A stretch of DNA of 64,000 nt, from the NCBI GenBank assembly GCA_963850015.1, contig CAWKJF010000001.1, positions 456,391-520,390 of the forward strand, read 5' to 3'. Positions 62,591 through 64,000 of the stretch are shown here, in pieces. Both the position numbers and the translations under genes were made by a program. This stretch comes from an uncultured Verrucomicrobiae bacterium (lineage in GTDB: Bacteria > Verrucomicrobiota > Verrucomicrobiia > Chthoniobacterales > UBA10450). The notes beneath the pieces are model-generated. The model ran no database searches. It saw nothing but the letters and a program-made list of their open reading frames with translations, and was not told the origin of the DNA. The stretch's first letter is position 1. Each line of letters starts with the position of its first letter.

Positions 62591-63120
62591 GGGGGGACGG
62601 GAGAACTCCGAAGCGTGGCAAAGAACCACGGCCGAGAAAAGATCAATCGTGCTTGCTACCGCTGGCTGGCCCCAATAGCTGATCGCGACATCGGGTTGGA
62701 ACGCCGTTAATTTGTGGTGGAAGGCACCGGCGAAGGGCCGGGAGGTGTGGGAATCAACCAATTGGCCAAATTCACCGAGCCTATGCCACCTTGGCAACCC
62801 TGTTTGGTTGTTGGCTTGAGCGTGTTCGCCTTGAGCCAAAGGACCGTCAAGAGCGGCCATGAAGGATAATCGCGATCAAATGTGGGACCGCGAATCAACT
62901 CCGCCGGGAGACGACCCGAAATCATCAAATTCTCTCTAATAAACGGGTTAAGGCCGAGTTTGAGTATTATTGAACGGCACGCATCCAAAGGCTGTCAGTA
63001 ATGCGATAATTAATATTTAACGTTGTTAACTACTTGGGGAAATGTTAAAACGAGAAATCGACGCGCCTTTCCCAAGTGTGGCAACGGGAAAAACCAAGGC
63101 GGGTCCCCCTTACCCTTTCG

Positions 63121-63988
63121 ATGAAAAGTTATATGGCTGCTGAAGATAGCGATACTGGCATAAAAATTTACCTGCGCGAGATCGGGCAAATCCCGCTCCT
63201 GACTCCCGACCAGGAGATCGAACTCGCCGCGAAGATCAAGAAGGGCGACCGCGAGGCGCGCGCCCTCATGATTCGTTCGAATCTGCGACTCGTCGTCAAG
63301 ATCGCGCACGATTACGCCAATCTTGGTCTCCCGCTGCTTGGATCTCATTTCGGAAGGCAACATCGGGTTGATGAAAGCCGTCGAGCGCTTCGATCCCGCG
63401 AAAGGCGGAAAGCTCAGCACCTACGCCGCCTGGTGGATCAAGCAGTCGATCAAGCGCGCCCTGGCCAACCAGAGCAAGACGATTCGTCTGCCGGTCCATT
63501 TGGTCGATAAGATCTCGAAGATGCGCCGCGTTTCGCTCCAGATGAGCGAGGAACTCGGCCGCGAACCGACCGATGACGAGCTCGGCGAAGAGATCGGCAT
63601 CGCCAGCGGAAAAGTTTCGCAGCTCAAGACCGTTTCGATTCGCCCGGCTTCTCTCGATGCGCCTATCAGCGATGACGATTCAACTGAATTCGGCGAAATC
63701 GTTGGCGACGAAGAGGCGCAGACGCCGTTCGAATTGCTGCGGGACAAGAATCTCCGGAACGAAGTCGGCGGGTTGCTCGATGTGCTGGACGATCGCGAGC
63801 GAAAGATCATTTTCTCCCGTTTCGGTCTCGATGGCGGCAAGCCCAAGACCCTCGAGGAAGTCGGGAAGAAATTCGGCGTGACCCGCGAACGGATTCGCCA
63901 GCTCCAAAATATCGCGCTCTCGAAGTTGCGCCGCGCCCTCAGCAAGAAGGAGCGTCCGGTCGACGTAGAGTTGCCGGTCGAGGCCTAA
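63121..63988 (+). pseudogene. Sigma-70 family RNA polymerase sigma factor, RpoD-like (short form without region 1.1), one frame break
   Basis: Region 1.2 and region 2 lie in ORF 63076..63510 (IKIYLREIGQIPLLTPDQEIELAAKIKKGD...[16 protein letters not shown]). After the break near 63340 comes [41 protein letters not shown]. Regions 3 and 4 follow ([28 protein letters not shown]) in ORF 63323..63988. Confidence 0.85.
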
Positions 63989-64000
63989 TTCGGTAGGACG

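Noticed and set aside
62707-62988. 93-aa ORF as a real protein-coding gene
   Set aside because: It has a TTG start without a clear RBS, weak third-position GC bias compared with neighbouring genes, and no recognisable family. It is treated as unannotated intergenic DNA pending transcript or conservation data.
1-64000. Interpreting the roughly 80 frame breaks as programmed frameshifting or genuine genome-wide pseudogenisation
   Set aside because: No slippery-site or pseudoknot pattern recurs. The breaks that could be localised sit at short homopolymers. Core genes (the rpoD-like sigma factor, hpt, trmB) are hit, and compensating pairs occur within single genes such as pepF. Sequencing or assembly error is the simpler explanation, although the error-free 15-kb block still needs explaining.

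Overview
GC-rich bacterial chromosomal segment with about 50 protein-coding genes, one tmRNA, no rRNA or tRNA, no CRISPR array and no recognisable transposase or integrase. The gene content suggests a soil Verrucomicrobiota- or Acidobacteriota-like organism: many double-FtsX 'ADOP' permeases, an ECF sigma / Ser-Thr kinase pair, HAF repeats and a short sigma-70. That placement is inference only. Bases 1-36000 are a housekeeping mix: cysJ-like 3' end, comEC, trmB, msrA, ssrA, a PAS/GAF kinase, rarA, an Lhr-like helicase, pilC-like, a UbiA prenyltransferase, rpiB, cbpA, UDG, pepF, hpt, moaD-like and yajQ. This part also holds a minus-strand cluster of ECF sigma, WD40 Ser/Thr kinase, OmpA-family protein, HAF/proline-rich repeat protein and a secreted protein. 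Bases 36000-61000 are one unidirectional minus-strand block. It runs NtrC-type sigma-54 activator, HAMP/PAS histidine kinase, consensus sigma-54 promoter, small ORF, MacA/HlyD-type adaptor, ABC ATPase, then seven tandem ~810-aa double-FtsX (MacB/ADOP-type) permeases. A second ATPase and a signal-peptide amidohydrolase are embedded among the permeases. This block is the most interesting candidate system in the window. The window ends with comM/yifB and an rpoD-like sigma factor. The sequence carries very many reading-frame breaks, about 80 by my approximate manual count, often at short homopolymers and including essential-looking genes. In contrast, about 15 kb (roughly 35300-50480, covering five permeases, one ATPase and the amidohydrolase) has none. 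I therefore report full-length reconstructed spans and mark broken genes as 'pseudogene (as sequenced)'. Most of these are more likely assembly or basecalling errors than true gene decay.
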